A stretch of DNA of 64,000 nucleotides, from assembly GCA_964507055.1 (NCBI GenBank), contig CAZDOJ010000001.1, positions 141,210 through 205,209 of the forward strand, written 5' to 3'. The notes under the pieces were generated by a model. The model searched no databases. It saw nothing but the letters and a program-made list of their open reading frames with translations, and was not told the DNA's origin. This document shows positions 8,831 through 18,559 of this stretch, piece after piece (within the stretch, counting starts at the first letter, position 1; every line of letters begins with the position of its first letter). The translations under genes were made by a program, and so were the position numbers. Origin of the DNA: an uncultured Gammaproteobacteria bacterium (lineage in GTDB: Bacteria > Patescibacteriota > Microgenomatia > Levybacterales > UBA12049).

Positions 8831-9718
8831 TTACTTTTTAACTCTCGTAATTCCTAAGAAAATTATTCCAACAATAAGCATTCCGATACTTGTATAGATC
8901 TGGACTTTTCCATATTCCTGCATAAATACTTCCATAAGCTGTACCATTATTGGTGCAAATGTTGCAAGAAAATTTTCAGAACTCACTATTGTTGAATCCA
9001 ACAATGTTTGTACAGCAATATCGTTAAAAAAGATCATTCCATAACCAAAAACACTCGCGGTTATAAGTGAAGCTCCAATCCATTGTAGGCGAGAATGAAG
9101 ATTATTATTCAATTTTATCTGTACAAACAAAAGCCCAAATAAAAGAAGAATAAGTACGGGAGTAACCAATTTCATTACATCATAAAACTTTTTTAATCCA
9201 GCAAAATACTCTCCAACCGGTACCGTGAAATCATTTTGTGCTAATGTAGTCAGTGCATCGACATTACTTTTTGTTTCAGTAGTACCAGCTGAAAGCTCCA
9301 ATGCTGCTTCTCCTTCTATCTGATTTTGCTGTGCTTCTTTACGAATTTGGTCAAACTGTGTTGCAAAAGCAGGATTGGTTGCGAGCATGTCTGTTTTAAT
9401 ATCTATAAAGGAAAGGATAGGGGATGGACCATCTTTTGTTATCCAAATATATCCATCGTCGATAAGTTTATCTGTTTTTGTCTGTACATATGTAGGGGTA
9501 AAGCGATCGTAGATTTGTTGTGAGAGAAATGCAGTTTGTTCGTCTTGTTTGCCTTCAGGTTTTGCTTTAATCAAAAATTCACTAATTGTTGAATACACAT
9601 TTGTCTGAACTAGGCCTGTTTTCAATTCTTGTGGAGTAGTCCCTCCATACATTAATTCAGCGACAAAAATAGTAAATGGAGAAAGAAGAGCAAAAATAAA
9701 AAGTACCGCCAGTTTCAT
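8831..9718 (-). CDS. Hypothetical membrane protein (signal anchor, exported domain, C-terminal TM bundle)
   Basis: Long ORF with coherent hydropathy pattern; no recognised family. Confidence 0.5.
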   Translation of the reverse strand: MKLAVLFIFALLSPFTIFVAELMYGGTTPQELKTGLVQTNVYSTISEFLIKAKPEGKQDEQTAFLSQQIYDRFTPTYVQTKTDKLIDDGYIWITKDGPSPILSFIDIKTDMLATNPAFATQFDQIRKEAQQNQIEGEAALELSAGTTETKSNVDALTTLAQNDFTVPVGEYFAGLKKFYDVMKLVTPVLILLLFGLLFVQIKLNNNLHSRLQWIGASLITASVFGYGMIFFNDIAVQTLLDSTIVSSENFLATFAPIMVQLMEVFMQEYGKVQIYTSIGMLIVGIIFLGITRVKK

Positions 9719-9899
9719 AGCTCATACTGAGCATAGCAAGTTTTTTATTTGTAAACAATTGATATTGAGGAACTGTGTCGTGTTACCTATCTTTTCATTA
9801 ACCTTGAGAAATATTCGTGCAAGAATATTGTAAATGCTAAAGCTAATCTATTTTTGCTGACGTTGAATTTATCATGTTTGAAGTTTATACTTCTCCAAT

Positions 9900-10379
9900 A
9901 TGTATGAATATGAAGGAAAGAGGAGGTTTACCTATACAACTACTGAAATTGCAGAAAAGCTTTTACCAAATGAAAATGACTTTGCAACTGTTGCACATAA
10001 TAGGGTTGGAGCACACTCATTAAGGATGCGAATCCCTGAAGCAAGGACACAATCAGCATATGTTCCTGGAGATTTATTGGCGACAGTTGCGAGACAATCC
10101 GCTGGCAATTTAAGTGGTATAATCGCCGAAGCAATTTATGCCCCCCGACCTGCACTCCAACTCACTGAAGATGAAAAGCGTTCATTATTAAAGGGTGCAC
10201 TTATTTTTGATATTGCTTGGCATGAAGGACGCTCAAGTCGTCCAATATATAAAAAAACTAAAGAGGTTTTTACAAATGGTTTGTCAGAATCGCAAGTAAT
10301 TACTATGCGAAAAGAGCGACTGGCTGAGCTAGAAGAGACATCTGTATTTTTACCTCAGCCTACAAATCCCCCAGAGTAA
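9900..10379 (+). CDS. Hypothetical protein
   Basis: 159-aa ORF; an in-frame AGGAGG sits inside the 5' end so the true start may be downstream/non-canonical. Confidence 0.35.
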   Translation: MYEYEGKRRFTYTTTEIAEKLLPNENDFATVAHNRVGAHSLRMRIPEARTQSAYVPGDLLATVARQSAGNLSGIIAEAIYAPRPALQLTEDEKRSLLKGALIFDIAWHEGRSSRPIYKKTKEVFTNGLSESQVITMRKERLAELEETSVFLPQPTNPPE

Positions 10380-10420
10380 ATTTGATATCTTTAATGCTAT
10401 TTTTACATCTAAAGATCAGT

Positions 10421-10449
10421 TGCAAGGTGATAGTTTACGTGTTAAACTA
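10421..10449 (+). promoter_or_regulatory. Putative marR promoter (TTGCAA-17-TAAACT) overlapped by a 19-bp palindrome TAGTTTACGTGTTAAACTA (candidate MarR operator)
   Basis: Inverted repeat TAGTTTA-cgtg-TTAAACTA 10 nt upstream of the marR start; -35-like TTGCAA at 10421. Confidence 0.3.
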
Positions 10450-10459
10450 ATCGAAGATA

Positions 10460-10903
10460 ATGAGTAAAGAAGAAGAGATTGAATTACTTTTTAATACCAT
10501 GATGCAACTTGGTAAGCTCATGTCTCTACGAACAAAAGAAACCTATGAGGAGCAAGCCGCTACATCTCTACAATTCTACGCTCTCGGTTACATCCGAGAA
10601 AATCACAATGCAACCGTTACTGAAATTGCTGATTATTTGAAGCTTTCAAAATCCTCAGCAACGCAGTTGATTGAAAGGTTGGCGACAGCATCGTCTGTTG
10701 TGAGAACATCTGATGTCAATGATAAAAGGATTACTCGTCTTTCGCTTACGGACAAAGGAGTTTCAGAGCTTAAAGTAATGAAAACGAAATTTATCTCATC
10801 ATTAAAAGATGCATTTGCTGATATTCCGAAGGAGGATATACTAGAATTAATACGGATTCATAAAAGCATGATTGAATCCTTGAAGAAAAATAAGCATGAA
10901 TAA
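10460..10903 (+). CDS. MarR-family transcriptional regulator
   Basis: Winged-helix region LQFYALGYIRENHNATVTEIADYLKLSKSSATQLIERL...DKRITRLSLTDKG. Confidence 0.75.
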   Translation: MSKEEEIELLFNTMMQLGKLMSLRTKETYEEQAATSLQFYALGYIRENHNATVTEIADYLKLSKSSATQLIERLATASSVVRTSDVNDKRITRLSLTDKGVSELKVMKTKFISSLKDAFADIPKEDILELIRIHKSMIESLKKNKHE

Positions 10904-12236
10904 AGTAAAAAACATTTTTTCAAAGATAAAGAGACCCTTTGTGTGGTTTAAACATACACGTAGACGAAACAAAGTATTCACCATCATTGGCTTGCTTATT
11001 TTATTAAGTATAGTTGGTGGACAAATTGCTGCTGCAACAGCAACACCTCCATATGTTACGCAAAAAATAACCCGTGGTGATATCAAACAATTGGTTTCAG
11101 AAACCGGTAATGTTGAGACTGCTGGGCGAGTAGATGTCGACTCTACAGCAACTGGAATCATTGAGGAGATCTACGTAAAGAATGGGGATACTGTGGCAAT
11201 TGGGCAAGAGCTATTCGAGGTACGAAGTACTGCGACAGATCAAGAGAAAGCTTCTGCAAATGCCACGTATCAAAGTGCTTTAAGTAGTTTGGCTACAGCG
11301 CAACAAACAAAGGATAGTTTGGATGCAGGTATGTGGGCAAAAAGACAGGCATACCTCGATGCTCAGAATACACAGAACTACATGAATGACAACTCTAAGA
11401 ATCCTACAACGAATTCGGATTATACTGCTTTAGAACGTGAGAATGTTAAAGCTTCGGTCGTAACATCGGAAAAGGATTTTAAAGCGGCAGAAAAGAAATA
11501 TAAGGAAGCTGACATCTCGGTTCGTGCGGCACAAGCACAGGTAACATCAGCCCAATTATCTTATCAATCGACGCAGGATGTTGTCGTAAAATCACCCGCA
11601 GAAGGAACCATAACTAATTTATCTTTCAGAGTTGGTGACAAAGTTACATCAGGTGGTGGAAGTAGTTTTGGTACGAGTGCATTAGGTTCCGGAGCATCCG
11701 CTGCAAGTGTGACTTCTTCAAGCGGGGGAGGAAGTCCTGTTTTAACTATTGCCAATCTTGTTGATTATTCAATTAAGATTCCAGTCAATGAAGTCGATAT
11801 TCCAAAAATAAAAGTTGCACAGGGAGCAGAAGTTACATTAGATGCCTTTTCCAACAGAACTTTTGACGGCATAATTACACACGTTGATACAGTCGGAACA
11901 AATACTCAAGGAGTTGTTACATACAATGTCGTTATCGATATCACTGATCCGATTGATGCCATCCGTCCTGGTATGACTGCAAATGTCGATATCACCGTGG
12001 ATCATGTCGATAATGTTTTGACAGTATCTAACAGTGCGGTAAAGCCATATAAAGGTGGAAGAGCAGTTCGTATCGTTGATCCAAATAATAATAAAGAAAT
12101 AAAATATATTCCAGTTGAAATAGGTTTGAAGGGTGATGATAAAACAGAAATCGTCAAAGGTGTCTCCGAAGGTCAGGAAGTTATTACTTCACTTACAAAC
12201 GACCAAGTGCAGCGAACGAGCTCAGGTCCGTTTTAA
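10896..12236 (+). CDS. Efflux transporter periplasmic adaptor subunit (HlyD/MacA-like) with Gly/Ser-rich insert
   Basis: N-terminal TM, biotinyl/lipoyl-like hairpin motifs (GDTVAIGQELFEV, GTITNLSFRVGDKVT), coiled-coil region, beta-barrel C-term; overlaps marR stop. Confidence 0.75.
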   Translation: MNKVKNIFSKIKRPFVWFKHTRRRNKVFTIIGLLILLSIVGGQIAAATATPPYVTQKITRGDIKQLVSETGNVETAGRVDVDSTATGIIEEIYVKNGDTVAIGQELFEVRSTATDQEKASANATYQSALSSLATAQQTKDSLDAGMWAKRQAYLDAQNTQNYMNDNSKNPTTNSDYTALERENVKASVVTSEKDFKAAEKKYKEADISVRAAQAQVTSAQLSYQSTQDVVVKSPAEGTITNLSFRVGDKVTSGGGSSFGTSALGSGASAASVTSSSGGGSPVLTIANLVDYSIKIPVNEVDIPKIKVAQGAEVTLDAFSNRTFDGIITHVDTVGTNTQGVVTYNVVIDITDPIDAIRPGMTANVDITVDHVDNVLTVSNSAVKPYKGGRAVRIVDPNNNKEIKYIPVEIGLKGDDKTEIVKGVSEGQEVITSLTNDQVQRTSSGPF

Positions 12237-12238
12237 TC

Positions 12239-12931
12239 ATGGCTAAAAATCCTCTTATTCATCTTGAAAATGTTGTTAAGAACTATCCATTGGCTGATGG
12301 GGAATTTTATCAAGCATTAAAAGGAATAACCCTCACGATCAATGAAGGAGAATTTGTTGCAATTATGGGTCCATCTGGAAGTGGCAAATCTACAACGATG
12401 CATATTATTGGTGCACTTGATAATCCAACAAGCGGAAAATATGAATTAAAAGGAAAAGATATCGCCAGTTTTTCACCGGATCAATTATCAGATATTCGGA
12501 ATAAAGAAATAGGATTTGTTTTTCAATCATTTAATTTACTTCCTAGAACAACTGTTTTAAAGAATGTTGAACGCCCCATGGTATATGCTGGCATTCCCAT
12601 TGAAGAGCGGACCGCAAAAGCAATGAAGGCCTTAGAACTCGTACATATTGAAAATAAAGCAAATAATTTATCCAATCATATCTCCGGAGGACAGATTCAA
12701 CGCGTTGCAATTGCTCGAGCTATTGTCATGGATCCCTCAATTATTCTTGCCGACGAACCGACCGGAAATTTGGATACTGTGACATCAAATGAAGTTATGG
12801 AATATTTCACAAAGCTTAATGAGTCAGGGAAAACAATTATTGTCATTACTCATGAAGAAGATATAGCGAAGTATGTAAAACGAGTTATTAGAATTGTTGA
12901 CGGAAAGATTCTGTCTGATACAAAGAAATAA
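12239..12931 (+). CDS. ABC transporter ATP-binding protein (MacB/LolD-type)
   Basis: Walker A GPSGSGKST, signature LSGGQIQRVAIARA, Walker B ILADEPTGNLD. Confidence 0.85.
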   Translation: MAKNPLIHLENVVKNYPLADGEFYQALKGITLTINEGEFVAIMGPSGSGKSTTMHIIGALDNPTSGKYELKGKDIASFSPDQLSDIRNKEIGFVFQSFNLLPRTTVLKNVERPMVYAGIPIEERTAKAMKALELVHIENKANNLSNHISGGQIQRVAIARAIVMDPSIILADEPTGNLDTVTSNEVMEYFTKLNESGKTIIVITHEEDIAKYVKRVIRIVDGKILSDTKK

Positions 12932-12932
12932 T

Positions 12933-14144
12933 ATGGATTACAAAGAATTGCTACAAACATCATTACAATCCTTACGGCGAAATGTTTTGCGAACTTCGTT
13001 AACAATGCTGGGAATTATTATCGGCATTACATCAGTAATCCTCATTGTCTCAATTGGTCGTGGAGCTGTCGCGTTTATCACAAATGAACTTTCAAGTTTT
13101 GGTACTGACTATTTCCAGATTAATCCTGGTCAAAGTAATTTTGATTCATTCGCGGGTGCAAATACGCTGACATTGGATGATGTCCGAGCAATTAAAAATG
13201 ATAAATCGTTTACGAATATTAATAAGGTAGTTCCGATTGCTTCGGCAGCAACAGTCGTATCTGCAAATGGCGAAGAAGATAATATAAATGTTACAGGAAC
13301 TGGATCAGAAATTATTGAGATTCTTCGTCCAGAAATTATTTATGGAGAATTTCTTACGGAAGAAAATGACTTAACTGCAGAACGAGTTGCAGTATTGGGG
13401 TCAGATGCTGCAGAGACGTTCTTTGGCGAGGAAACTAATCCAGTCGGTGAGAGAATAAGAATTAATAATACGCCTTTTCGTGTTATTGGTGTCGCCAAAT
13501 CGGAAAGTGCTTTGGCGGGAAGTGTCCTTAATAAATCAATTTATGTTCCGATCAATGTGGTTTTTAATGAAATTCAAGGAGAAGAAAAGATTCAAGAAAT
13601 TGATGTCAGTGTTCATGACGAAAATCAAATTAATCAAACAATGGAGGACGTAGAGTTATTGCTGCGAGATCGTCATAATATTGCCGAAGGAGAAGAAAAT
13701 GATTTTCAAATAACAAGTGCTCAAGATATTCTAACAACGGTACAAACGATTACTGGTTTGCTTACGACGATGATTGCAGCTATTTCTGGTATTTCATTGG
13801 TTGTTGGTGGAGTAGGGGTTATGAATATTATGTTGGTATCTGTGACAGAGCGTACAAGAGAAATCGGTTTGCTAAAAGCTATTGGAGCAAAAGAAAGAGA
13901 TATTTTGACGCAATTTCTTATTGAAGCAGTTGTTATGACAGTAATGGGAGGAGTCATTGGTATTGTATTAGGAGTTGCAGGAGCCTATCTTATTGCAAAG
14001 GCTGTAAATATTCCTTTTGTTGTTGATTATGTGGGGATTCTTGTTGCGGTTGGAGTTTCGACTGCAGTGGGATTGATCTTTGGATACTATCCAGCAAAAC
14101 GTGCTGCTAAACTTTCCCCAATTGATGCATTGCGTCACGAATAA
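12933..14144 (+). CDS. ABC transporter permease (MacB-type, FtsX domain)
   Basis: ATG 2 nt after ATPase stop; MacB_PCD-like periplasmic domain between TM1 and TM2, C-terminal FtsX 3-TM bundle. Confidence 0.8.
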   Translation: MDYKELLQTSLQSLRRNVLRTSLTMLGIIIGITSVILIVSIGRGAVAFITNELSSFGTDYFQINPGQSNFDSFAGANTLTLDDVRAIKNDKSFTNINKVVPIASAATVVSANGEEDNINVTGTGSEIIEILRPEIIYGEFLTEENDLTAERVAVLGSDAAETFFGEETNPVGERIRINNTPFRVIGVAKSESALAGSVLNKSIYVPINVVFNEIQGEEKIQEIDVSVHDENQINQTMEDVELLLRDRHNIAEGEENDFQITSAQDILTTVQTITGLLTTMIAAISGISLVVGGVGVMNIMLVSVTERTREIGLLKAIGAKERDILTQFLIEAVVMTVMGGVIGIVLGVAGAYLIAKAVNIPFVVDYVGILVAVGVSTAVGLIFGYYPAKRAAKLSPIDALRHE

Positions 14145-14171
14145 CTTTCTGCTAATTTTAGTACAGAGTTT

Positions 14172-14876
14172 ATGGAAGAGATACATACAAAAATTATCGC
14201 CACAGTTGGACCAGCTACGTTGGATTTTACTGTTTTCCAAAAACTGGTTGATGCGGGAATCGATTACATTAGAATTAATACTGCTTATGGAGATGAAAAA
14301 CAGTACCAAACAATTCTCGATAATTTAGCGAAAGCAAATAAGTCTAAAGCTATCGAACCAATTTTTGACCTAAAGGGCGAAGAGATTATCCCGTTTGCAT
14401 TACAAAATAAGGTTGTGATGTATGCTCTATCATTTGCTGAAACAAAAGAACAGATCGCCAAGTATCATTCGCTTCTTCCAAATGCATTTCTTGTATCCAA
14501 AATTGAATCAAAAAAAGGTGTTGAAAACTTTGACGAGATCTTAAGTGCTTCTGATGGCATTATGATTGCAAGAGGGGATCTGGGTGTTTCCGAAACTTTG
14601 GAGAAAGTTCCTCCGATGCAAAAAGATTTTACTAATAAAGCAAAGGTAAAAGGAAAGTTTCTTATCACTGCAACAGAGATGCTTTTGAGCATGGTAAATA
14701 ATCCAGAACCAACAAGAGCAGAAGTTTCAGATGTAGCCAATGCTGTATTTGATAGTTCTTCAGCGGTTATGCTTTCAGAAGAAACTGCGATTGGAAAATA
14801 TCCGGTTGAGACAGTTCAAATGATGAGAAAGATTATTGTCGAAGCAGAAAAATGGCAATATAGCCATCAATATTAA
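14172..14876 (+). CDS. Pyruvate-kinase-like protein, minimal form (A-domain TIM barrel only; B lid domain and C-terminal domain absent)
   Basis: KIIATVGPA, IRINTAYG, FDLKGEEII, VSKIES, MIARGDLGV, PTRAEVSDVANAV, MLSEETAIGKYP align with PK motifs in order; no room for the ~100-aa B domain; ORF ends at PK barrel end. Confidence 0.6.
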   Translation: MEEIHTKIIATVGPATLDFTVFQKLVDAGIDYIRINTAYGDEKQYQTILDNLAKANKSKAIEPIFDLKGEEIIPFALQNKVVMYALSFAETKEQIAKYHSLLPNAFLVSKIESKKGVENFDEILSASDGIMIARGDLGVSETLEKVPPMQKDFTNKAKVKGKFLITATEMLLSMVNNPEPTRAEVSDVANAVFDSSSAVMLSEETAIGKYPVETVQMMRKIIVEAEKWQYSHQY

Positions 14877-14973
14877 CTACTTAGTATTTTTGTTCTAATT
14901 CTGTAGCTATTTTATATGGATGGTTGAGTTTTATCGATAAATGTATCGATTGTTTGTGTTTTATTTTGCACTT

Positions 14974-15354
14974 TTATCCTTCCCAAGGAGCTGAGTGGTG
15001 TTCATGCGATATTATCCATTTCCCGTTTATTTTTTCAAAACCCATTGTAAGTCTGATAAGAGGCTTTGTTTCATTTCCAATTGTAACAAGTGCATGACAA
15101 AATGCTACAGTATCGCTTGCTACTATTCTTAATTCTGTAAGATCAAATTTCCCTTTGTGTTGATATTTAAAGAAGAGTTCCCATGTTCTTTGATATGCTG
15201 CAATTCCTCTTGCTTGGAGTGGGGCTGGGACATCAAACATCACAATATCTTTTGCGTGGTTCTCAAGTACTTTTTCCAATTCGTCATTTTTGATTGCATG
15301 TGTCCACGATTCAATTAGTTCTTTTACTTGCTGCTCACTATCTTGTTTCCCCAT
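14974..15354 (-). CDS. SnoaL-like / NTF2-like (DUF4440-type) domain protein
   Basis: ELIESWTHAIKNDELEKVLENHAKDIVMFDVPAP pattern typical of YybH/ketosteroid-isomerase-like NTF2 fold proteins. Confidence 0.6.
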   Translation of the reverse strand: MGKQDSEQQVKELIESWTHAIKNDELEKVLENHAKDIVMFDVPAPLQARGIAAYQRTWELFFKYQHKGKFDLTELRIVASDTVAFCHALVTIGNETKPLIRLTMGFEKINGKWIISHEHHSAPWEG

Positions 15355-15405
15355 ACTTTTAGTATATCAGTTTTATTTATTGTTAAAAGTAATTAAGGTA
15401 TTATA

Positions 15406-15837
15406 TTGCAAGAAATAAAAAGGATCTTTATACTTGAAGAAGTTATGCATGAAATAAATTATTTAGCAGTTTTAGGATGTGCAGTTATTGGCTTTATTGT
15501 TAGTACCGTTTGGTATTCAGTATTTAGCAAACAAATGGCGAAACTTAACAAAGCCTATGCTGGGGCAACTCAGCCAAAGCCTTGGCAAATCCTGATCGAA
15601 TTTGGAAGAAATATACTTCTGGCGATTGTTATTGCTACACTTTTTGATTATATCGGTGTATTAGACTGGATCGCAGGAGTTGAATTTGGACTTATTCTTT
15701 GGGTAGGATTTCCACTCATTCTTCTCGCGGGTTCTGTAATGTGGGAGAAAGTTCCCGTAAAGCTTGCAATATTTCATGCTGGAGACTGGTTGATAAAACT
15801 CTTATTGTTTTCGGCAATCCTTGGAACTTGGAGCTAA
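15406..15837 (+). CDS. DUF1761-like small membrane protein
   Basis: TTG start with AAGGT SD (alternative ATG at 15445); 4 TM; AVLGCAVIGFIVSTVWYSVF start resembles DUF1761. Confidence 0.5.
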   Translation: MQEIKRIFILEEVMHEINYLAVLGCAVIGFIVSTVWYSVFSKQMAKLNKAYAGATQPKPWQILIEFGRNILLAIVIATLFDYIGVLDWIAGVEFGLILWVGFPLILLAGSVMWEKVPVKLAIFHAGDWLIKLLLFSAILGTWS

Positions 15838-15978
15838 GAAGCTCATCTTTTACATATCTCTTACCTCTGCCATACACGTTCGTCATAATACTCTTCTATA
15901 CTGAGTGTAGTTAAGTTCGTTAAAGGCTTTGGGTAAAAGCCTAAAGAGCGGACGATCTTTATAAGAAAGGAGGTATTT

Positions 15979-16245
15979 ATGAGTTTAATTATTACATTAG
16001 TATTAGCTGGATTAGTAGGTTGGATTGCATCAAAGATTATGCATACTGATGCCGAAATGGGATGGCTTGCAAATGTTATTGCAGGAATCGTAGGAGGTTT
16101 TATCGGTACGACTCTATTGGGTTTTATCGCTCCAGCGACACCAACAGATAACGGATTTAGTCTTCCTGGAATTATCGTAGGCATTATCGGTGCATGCGTA
16201 GCTATATTCATCTGGAAATTAATTTCCGGCAGAAAAGCTGCTTAA
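15979..16245 (+). CDS. GlsB/YeaQ/YmgE-family (transglycosylase-associated) stress membrane protein
   Basis: SD AAGGAGGT; LAGLVGWIASKIM...IAGIVGGFIGTTLLGF matches Transgly_assoc family. Confidence 0.75.
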   Translation: MSLIITLVLAGLVGWIASKIMHTDAEMGWLANVIAGIVGGFIGTTLLGFIAPATPTDNGFSLPGIIVGIIGACVAIFIWKLISGRKAA

Positions 16246-16260
16246 AAAGAAAAAAATATA

Positions 16261-16304
16261 ATAAGCCAGGCCTTTTGTGCAAACAAAATGCTTGGCTTAT
16301 TTTG
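16261..16304 (+). terminator. Rho-independent terminator (long bipartite hairpin, GCAA tetraloop, TTTG tail)
   Basis: ATAAGCCAGG..TTTTGT-GCAA-ACAAAA..CTTGGCTTAT followed by TTTTG. Confidence 0.4.
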
Positions 16305-16386
16305 TATAGTGTATTCGTAAGGTACTATTCTTAATCTTCACTATTAATTTATTTCTCCATATAGTTAAATAGATCTAGATAAACTT

Positions 16387-17943
16387 ATGCAAAATTGGAG
16401 TACTCTTATTAAATCCAGAGTTTTTTTAATATGTATTTTGTACATGATTATTCATGTAATAAATCTTACAGTACTTCCAATTTTTAACGATGAATCAATT
16501 TATCTCGATTGGGGATGGACGCATACGCATATGCCTGGTCATCTGTATGATGCTTTGATCGATGCCAAACAACCTTTCATGATTTGGATATTTGGATTAT
16601 TTGAGAATTTTTTTCAAGATCCTTTATTTGCCGGTAGGTTTGCTTCTGTTCTTATTGGTTTAATAACTTTAATTGGAATTTATAAACTCGCAAAGCAATT
16701 TTTTTTGGAACATGTTGCATTGTTTGCAGCCTTTCTTTATGCGATAACTCCAATCTTTGCCTTCTACAATAGACAGGCTTTATTTGAGAGTGGGGTAATG
16801 AGTATAGGAATTTGGTCATGCTACGCACTTGTACATGCAATTCGAAAACCTACAACGAGAAATAGTATTGTCTTAGGTGTGATACTTGGAATCGGTTTTT
16901 TTATTAAATCATCTGCTTTACTTTTTGTTATTGCTGCGACTGCTGTCATCATTTTTCAAATAGTTGTAAAGAAAGAGCACAAGCTCATAAAGTCATATTT
17001 CATCGCTTTCGGTGCATTCGTTGCCGTTGATCTGCTCCTTTTTATTAATCCATTATTCTGGCAGACCTTCTCATCAAATAGCAGATATGCGTTCACGCTG
17101 GGAGAACTATTTACATTTCCCATTGTGACATGGGTACACAATCTTTTAGGATTTTTCGAAATAGGGTTTGTGTTTATTACGCCACTTATTTTTGTCAGTA
17201 GTATCATAGGGTTTTTTATGATGAAGAAACAGAAGATACATCAGATTCATATATATATCATCTTCTTTTTCATTGCGTTACTTCTTGAAATTTTATCTGG
17301 GAAAACACAAAGCCAAAGATATATCGTTCCATTTCTTCCATTTCTCGTTATCTCTGCGGCGTATGTATTATCAGCAATATGGAAAAAGAACGTATATCAA
17401 AAGGGAGTTGTTGTAGGATCTCTTCTCATTCCCGTTTTATTCACTAGTTTGGTAGTTATTTCTCCTGAACAATATATCCTTACTTTATCTAAAGTTTCAC
17501 GTTATGCAGATACAGCGTATACCTCTGGACAAACTTCAGGCCATGGCATCCACGAAGCAGTACAATACATTACTGATCATTCAAATCCCGACAAACCCGC
17601 AATGGTTTTATTTGGATTCAATATCGGCAATCCCGAGAGTGCAATAAACATTTATACACAAAACACGCACAATCAAGTGGGGCTTCATGTCGATGCACAA
17701 TTGTTTGAGGGGATCGATACATATGATTGTATTACATCTGCTTATCCGACATTTCTTGTCACAAGAAATGATCAAAGATTGGGAATGGATCGCTTCTTTG
17801 TTCTCGAAAAAGCATTTCCAAATCCTGATAAAAATTATTCTGTGAGAATTTATACGATAAAAAATGGTTGCAAAGGAAATACTTTTTCACTTTCAGATGT
17901 GTACCAACCATCTATCAATGCGGTGTTGATGATGAGAAATTAA
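16387..17943 (+). CDS. GT-C glycosyltransferase family 39/83-like membrane protein (PMT/ArnT-like)
   Basis: ~11 TM N-terminal domain with FNDESIY (DE motif in first extracytoplasmic loop) and soluble C-terminal domain. Confidence 0.55.
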   Translation: MQNWSTLIKSRVFLICILYMIIHVINLTVLPIFNDESIYLDWGWTHTHMPGHLYDALIDAKQPFMIWIFGLFENFFQDPLFAGRFASVLIGLITLIGIYKLAKQFFLEHVALFAAFLYAITPIFAFYNRQALFESGVMSIGIWSCYALVHAIRKPTTRNSIVLGVILGIGFFIKSSALLFVIAATAVIIFQIVVKKEHKLIKSYFIAFGAFVAVDLLLFINPLFWQTFSSNSRYAFTLGELFTFPIVTWVHNLLGFFEIGFVFITPLIFVSSIIGFFMMKKQKIHQIHIYIIFFFIALLLEILSGKTQSQRYIVPFLPFLVISAAYVLSAIWKKNVYQKGVVVGSLLIPVLFTSLVVISPEQYILTLSKVSRYADTAYTSGQTSGHGIHEAVQYITDHSNPDKPAMVLFGFNIGNPESAINIYTQNTHNQVGLHVDAQLFEGIDTYDCITSAYPTFLVTRNDQRLGMDRFFVLEKAFPNPDKNYSVRIYTIKNGCKGNTFSLSDVYQPSINAVLMMRN

Positions 17944-18172
17944 TTCTTAGTTAGGTTGTTTGTCCGGTAATACAATTCTATATTTATCAATAATTTTTTT
18001 GTTTATTTCATTATTTCGTACAATAATTGTTACCTGACCATCTCCATATACAGGCACCCAGTCTTTACTATATGGTAAGACTGTAGGGTTTGGAAGTGGG
18101 ACATCATTAACTGCAAGTCAGTCAGCAGGTTTCCCTCCCACAACATACAATCTTCCGCTATAATAAATAAAA

Positions 18173-18559
18173 ATGAAGAAAAAACTGACTCCTGTCATAA
18201 TAATTTTAATTCTTGTTGCAGGATTTCTAGTTGCCTCTTTTGTTGGATCCTCGAACTATAAATTAGCTTCTTTACCTAAAGTGGCTAAAGCGTCTGATAC
18301 TAAATCACTTGCACAGCAACTTATAGCAAATGATGAGTTTTTCTCTGGAGGTATAGAGATGAAGTACACAACACTTGAAAGACACACCGTCGAGGTGAAA
18401 GTACGAAATGATATGACAGGCGATGATTCTGTTATTGCAAAGGAATACGTCATAAAAGCAGTTAATAATGGTTCAGAGTGGAAAATGGTAGAGAATAAGA
18501 TTCATTGGAAATGTCGAGGAGACATTTTCGGGTTCTGGACCACTAGCACTTGTTCTTAG
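18173..18559 (+). CDS. Hypothetical small exported protein
   Basis: N-terminal signal/TM, 128 aa, no recognised domain. Confidence 0.4.
   Translation: MKKKLTPVIIILILVAGFLVASFVGSSNYKLASLPKVAKASDTKSLAQQLIANDEFFSGGIEMKYTTLERHTVEVKVRNDMTGDDSVIAKEYVIKAVNNGSEWKMVENKIHWKCRGDIFGFWTTSTCS

Noticed and set aside
12894-12932. Upstream start (12894) for the FtsX permease overlapping the ATPase gene
   Set aside because: ATG at 12933 sits 2 nt after the ATPase stop and begins directly with the conserved MDYKELL...TM1. The 13 extra residues have no support.
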